The notes beneath the pieces are model-generated. The model was not told where the DNA came from, searched no databases, and saw only the letters and a list, made by a program, of their open reading frames with translations. Of a stretch of DNA of 32,000 bases, positions 28,414-32,000 are shown piece after piece. The stretch comes from a bacterium (GTDB lineage: Bacteria; Bacillota; Clostridia; Christensenellales; Aristaeellaceae): assembly GCA_963624325.1 (NCBI GenBank), contig CAVFPH010000003.1:15029-47028 (forward strand), read 5' to 3'. The stretch's first letter is position 1. Every line of letters begins with the position of its first letter. A program made the translations under genes and the position numbers.

Positions 28414-28442
28414 ATTATAGCAAAAAAGCATCCGGAATGCAA
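28414..28442 (-). promoter_or_regulatory. Sigma-A promoter for tatA (TTGCAT-17-TATAAT with TGc extended -10)
   Basis: The -35 is the complement of 28437-28442 and the -10 is the complement of 28414-28419. Confidence 0.6.
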
Positions 28443-28509
28443 CTGTCTGCATAACAAAATTGTACGATCTGGTTGGCATTATATTGCCAAAATAAATGCG
28501 AGCCTTCTC

Positions 28510-28538
28510 TTGACGCCCTTTGCTCTCTGCTTTACAAT
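28510..28538 (+). promoter_or_regulatory. Sigma-A promoter for the M42 peptidase operon (TTGACG-17-TACAAT)
   Basis: TTGACG is at 28510-28515 and TACAAT at 28533-28538. Confidence 0.55.
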
Positions 28539-28587
28539 TTCTTTTCGGTATGGTAGACTATCCGTGTAGATAAAAGGAGGTATTCGT

Positions 28588-29625
28588 ATGGAACGGGAAT
28601 ATGCGCTCTATGCCGTAGATCAAACCCAAAAACTGCTTGCCGTTGACAGTCCATCCGGCTTCACCGCCGCTGCCGCGCAGTGGGTATTGAATGCTTTTTC
28701 TTCTTTGGGCTACGATGCTCACATCACCTGCAAAGGCGGCGTTCTGGTTGATCTTGGCGGTCAGGATGCGCAGGATGCGCTGTTTCTGGAGGCACATGCC
28801 GATACGCTGGGAGGCATGGTTGCGGAAATCAAAAGCAGCGGCCGCCTGCGCATAACCAACCTTGGCGGCATGCGTGCCGAAAACGGTGAAACCGAAAATG
28901 TCCGTGTTTACACCCGCAGCGGCAGGATCATCGAAGGCACCCTGCAGCTGTGCAATGCCTCCGTCCATGTAAACACCAAATACAACGACACGAAGCGCGA
29001 TTTTGAAACCACCGAAATCGTATTGGATGAGGATGTTTCCTCCGCGCAGGATACGCGTGCTTTGGGCATCGAGGTCGGCGATATCGTCTGCTTTGAGCCC
29101 CGCACCCGTGTAACGGCCTCCGGCTACATCAAAAGCCGTTTTCTGGATGACAAACTGTCCGTCGGCATTCTGCTGGGGCTGGCCAAATATATGAAGGATC
29201 ATGCCCTGATCCCTGCCCGCCGTGTCTATGCGCACATCACCGTATATGAGGAGGTCGGTCATGGCGGATCTGCCTCTGTGCCTGCAGGCGTTACAGAAGC
29301 CATCAGTGTGGATATGGGCTGTGTAGGCGATGGTGTGCAGTGCACCGAACGCCAGGTATCCATCTGTGCAAAAGATTCCGGCGGCCCATATTGTTATGAA
29401 GTGGTCGGAAAGCTGATTGACGCTGCCAAGCGCGAAGGCGCAGATTACGCGGTGGATGTATACCCTTCCTACGGTTCGGATGTGGAAGCCACGCTGCGCG
29501 CAGGCAATGATATCCGCCACGGGCTGATCGGCGCGGGCGTATATGCCAGTCACGGCTATGAGCGCAGCCACGTGGACGGCGTATTCAATACCCTCAAGGT
29601 GCTCAAGGGCTATCTGAACCTGTAA
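28588..29625 (+). CDS. M42 family metallopeptidase (glutamyl aminopeptidase / FrvX-like)
   Basis: Contains metal-ligand blocks EAHADTLG, FLDDKLSVG and VYEEVGHGG. An AAAGGAGG RBS lies upstream. Confidence 0.85.
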   Translation: MEREYALYAVDQTQKLLAVDSPSGFTAAAAQWVLNAFSSLGYDAHITCKGGVLVDLGGQDAQDALFLEAHADTLGGMVAEIKSSGRLRITNLGGMRAENGETENVRVYTRSGRIIEGTLQLCNASVHVNTKYNDTKRDFETTEIVLDEDVSSAQDTRALGIEVGDIVCFEPRTRVTASGYIKSRFLDDKLSVGILLGLAKYMKDHALIPARRVYAHITVYEEVGHGGSASVPAGVTEAISVDMGCVGDGVQCTERQVSICAKDSGGPYCYEVVGKLIDAAKREGADYAVDVYPSYGSDVEATLRAGNDIRHGLIGAGVYASHGYERSHVDGVFNTLKVLKGYLNL

Positions 29626-29636
29626 GAGGCAGGCAT

Positions 29637-30146
29637 ATGGAGCTTTGGGATGCCTATGATGCCCGCGGCAGAAGCCTCGGGCATACCCTCATCCGCGGGG
29701 AGGACGTCCCCGCAGGGGAATTTCATTTGGTTGCCGATATCCTGGTTCGGCACACGGACGGCAGCTTTCTGCTTACCCTACGTGATCCAAGCAAACCTGC
29801 CTTTCCAAACTGTTGGGAACTGAGTGTCGGCGGCGGTGTCATCGCTGGGGAATCGCCTTTGCAGGCGGCTATGCGGGAACTGCGGGAAGAGACCGGCATC
29901 GTTGCCGATACGCTTTCCCCCGCCTATCAAATCACGTGGCCGCAAAGCCACAGCATTTATTACGGCTATATATGCCGCTATGCAGGCAATAAGGATGATA
30001 TCATCCTCCAGCCGGGTGAAACCGTTGCCTATCGCTGGATGACGCCCAAGGAATTGCTCAATTTTACCGATAATCCCGTCTTTGTTGCCGTAAACAGGCA
30101 GCGGTGGGGTGTTTATCTGACCATGCTGCAGGAGGAACTGCCATGA
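29637..30146 (+). CDS. NUDIX hydrolase
   Basis: The Nudix box GGGVIAGESPLQAAMRELREETGI fits GX5EX7REUXEEXGU. Confidence 0.85.
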   Translation: MELWDAYDARGRSLGHTLIRGEDVPAGEFHLVADILVRHTDGSFLLTLRDPSKPAFPNCWELSVGGGVIAGESPLQAAMRELREETGIVADTLSPAYQITWPQSHSIYYGYICRYAGNKDDIILQPGETVAYRWMTPKELLNFTDNPVFVAVNRQRWGVYLTMLQEELP

Positions 30147-31030
30147 TTGCTCCCATTCTCTCCAGGGGCGGCACAATCGGCATTTGTTCGCCCAGTCATA
30201 TTGCGGTTTATGAAAAGTACCGGCCGATCCTGTATCAGCTGCGCCGCCGCGGTTTTCGGGTTATAGAAGCCGATAACCTGTACAGCACTGCCGACACGTA
30301 TCTGGCCACACCACAGGAGCGGGCGGACGATCTGAATCAGCTGATCCACGATCCGAGTGTTCAATTGATCCTCTTTGGCGGCGGAGAAGCTGGGAACGAG
30401 GTGCTTTCGCTGATCGATTACGATTATCTGCGCGCTCATCCCAAGCGTCTGTGCAGCTACAGTGACGGCACCTTTGTGCTCAGTGCCGTCTGGTCCCGCA
30501 CCGGCATCACCACCTATTACGGCATGTCTCCCGGCGCTTTTGCCGATCTGCGTGCCTATGACTATGATCACTTTATGCAGCACCTGATGGGCAATGCAGA
30601 GACGCACATTGCAAATACGCCGTGGAATCTGCTCTGCAAGGGACAGGCGGATGGCATCCTGATCGGCGGCTATCTGCGCAATATCGCGCTCATGCTGGGC
30701 GGTGATTATCTGCCGCTCGATCCCAATGAAAAATACGTGCTGTTCTTGGAAGATCATGAGCAGTTCGGCGACCGTGCCTACATCAGCGCCATGCTGACGC
30801 ACATTGAGCAAAGCGGTTTCATGGGCCGCATTTCCGGTTTGCTTTTCGGTCACTATTCCGAAAAGAATTACCCGGAGTTATTTGCCCGTCTGACACGGTT
30901 TGGGGAACGCTGGGGCATCCCGGTTGCCGCCTGCGATGATTTCGGGCATGGACATTCCCATGCAATTCTGGATATCGGCCGCCGGGTGCATCTGGATACC
31001 GAGCATGGCACGCTGGACTATCTTGACTGA
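30143..31030 (+). CDS. LD-carboxypeptidase (peptidase S66, LdcA/MccF-like)
   Basis: The N-terminus reads GGTIGICSPSH, followed by a nucleophile region YSDGT and a C-terminal FGHGHSH-type histidine. The ATG at 30143 overlaps the Nudix stop (ATGA). Confidence 0.8.
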   Translation: MIAPILSRGGTIGICSPSHIAVYEKYRPILYQLRRRGFRVIEADNLYSTADTYLATPQERADDLNQLIHDPSVQLILFGGGEAGNEVLSLIDYDYLRAHPKRLCSYSDGTFVLSAVWSRTGITTYYGMSPGAFADLRAYDYDHFMQHLMGNAETHIANTPWNLLCKGQADGILIGGYLRNIALMLGGDYLPLDPNEKYVLFLEDHEQFGDRAYISAMLTHIEQSGFMGRISGLLFGHYSEKNYPELFARLTRFGERWGIPVAACDDFGHGHSHAILDIGRRVHLDTEHGTLDYLD

Positions 31031-31165
31031 CGCTTTTAGCCATTCAAAGGAGGTTTTATTTTGCCCCATTGCGCAGCGGCGGCAAAGCCGGCAAAAATGC
31101 GCTCGCCGTCATAGGCACTTTTTATGCGTTTTCCGCTGACAATGCATAGAAAGGGTCTTGCCATT

Positions 31166-31831
31166 ATGAAAAAAATCAAAGCCTTGCTTGCTTCCTGCAC
31201 CCTTACACGCAGGGAGCTGTTTCTGCTGCTTATCGGAAGCTGCATATTAGCCTTCGGTCTCTATCAGGTACACTCCATATCGGGCGTCACAGAAGGCGGT
31301 GTGCTTGGGCTGACGCTGCTGGGACATCATTGGCTGAATGTATCCCCATCCATCAGTTCTCTGGTTCTGAACGCTGCCTGCTACCTGCTTGGCTGGCGGC
31401 TGCTTGGCCATGGTTTTATGGTGCGTTCCATCATTGCCGGCGGCGCATTTTCACTGTTCTATGCCATATTTGAGCAGTTTCCCATCCTTTTTCCGGAGTT
31501 TTCCGAGCATCCGCTGATTGCCGCGCTGTTAGGCGCGCTGTTTGTTGGCATCGGCGTTGGGCTGTGTGTGCGTGCAGGCGGTGCCCCCGGCGGAGACGAT
31601 GCGCTGTCCATGGCACTTGAGCATGTCACGCACGTTCCCATCCAGTGGATTTATCTGGTCAGCGATCTGATTGTTCTCAGCCTGTCTCTCAGCTATATTC
31701 CCCTGCGCCGCATTCTGTACTCCCTTTTGACAGTCATCATTTCGGGCCAGCTGATCGGAATCGTCCAGCGTGCGGGAATGCGTAAAAAGTCTGACGCTTC
31801 ATCTTGCACGGACAGTGAAACTGTGCTATGA
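31166..31831 (+). CDS. YitT/YczE-like integral membrane protein
   Basis: The protein has 5-6 TM segments. LLLIGSCILAFGLY...GVTEGGVLGLTLL and RAGGAPGGDDAL resemble the YitT-type membrane domain. I chose the ATG at 31166. Confidence 0.6.
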   Translation: MKKIKALLASCTLTRRELFLLLIGSCILAFGLYQVHSISGVTEGGVLGLTLLGHHWLNVSPSISSLVLNAACYLLGWRLLGHGFMVRSIIAGGAFSLFYAIFEQFPILFPEFSEHPLIAALLGALFVGIGVGLCVRAGGAPGGDDALSMALEHVTHVPIQWIYLVSDLIVLSLSLSYIPLRRILYSLLTVIISGQLIGIVQRAGMRKKSDASSCTDSETVL

Positions 31832-31871
31832 TTGCGGGCGTATCTTATCAGTGATTTGGGGAGGTCTTTCC

Positions 31872-32000
31872 ATGAAAAAGCAGCACATGAACACCTACAC
31901 GCTGGCATTTATCGGCGTGATGGCTGCCATTATCTATGTTGTTACCCTGTTTCGTTTTCCCTTCCTTGGGTCTATGGTTCACTTCGCCAATGCCATGTGT
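31872..32000 (+). CDS. Membrane protein, N-terminal 43 codons, possibly an ECF-transporter S-component (runs off the window)
   Basis: A GGGGAGG RBS lies upstream. The translation MKKQHMNTYTLAFIGVMAAIIYVVTLFRFPFLGSMVHFANAMC is hydrophobic and its pattern resembles substrate-capture subunits. The family assignment is weak. Confidence 0.4.
   Translation, partial: MKKQHMNTYTLAFIGVMAAIIYVVTLFRFPFLGSMVHFANAMC

Overview
This is a chromosomal, mostly housekeeping segment that looks like a moderately high-GC Firmicute of the Clostridia type (inferred from protein signatures, SD-type RBSs and CIRCE elements). I support about 31 CDS. In window order: purR (partial), pyrE-like, sdaAB, sdaAA, nagA, mgtE with an M-box riboswitch, nfnA/nfnB-like oxidoreductase pair, a VTC-domain/DUF4956/CotH triad, groES-groEL with CIRCE, mutY, hsp20, a marR-MATE operon, gpmI, gyrB-gyrA, a secreted hypothetical protein, GNAT, oadG-like and oadB, tatA, an M42 peptidase-Nudix-LD-carboxypeptidase operon, a YitT-like membrane protein, and a partial membrane protein. 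Two small genes fall below the ORF-track cutoff and were found by hand: tatA (59 aa) and an oadG-like gene (42 aa). I saw no rRNA, tRNA, CRISPR array, transposase, integrase or phage genes. The best candidate for an undescribed system is the tightly linked VTC polyphosphate-polymerase-like, DUF4956 membrane and doubly membrane-anchored CotH kinase-like triad at 7962-11763. Lesser items: Na+-decarboxylase beta/gamma genes without catalytic partners in the window, tatA without tatC in the window, a CIRCE-like operator over the hsp20 promoter, MarR operator palindromes facing a divergent promoter with no gene behind it, and PurBox-like sites between purR and the pyrE-like gene. All coordinates, motifs and translations were read by eye. 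No database searches or folding calculations were run.
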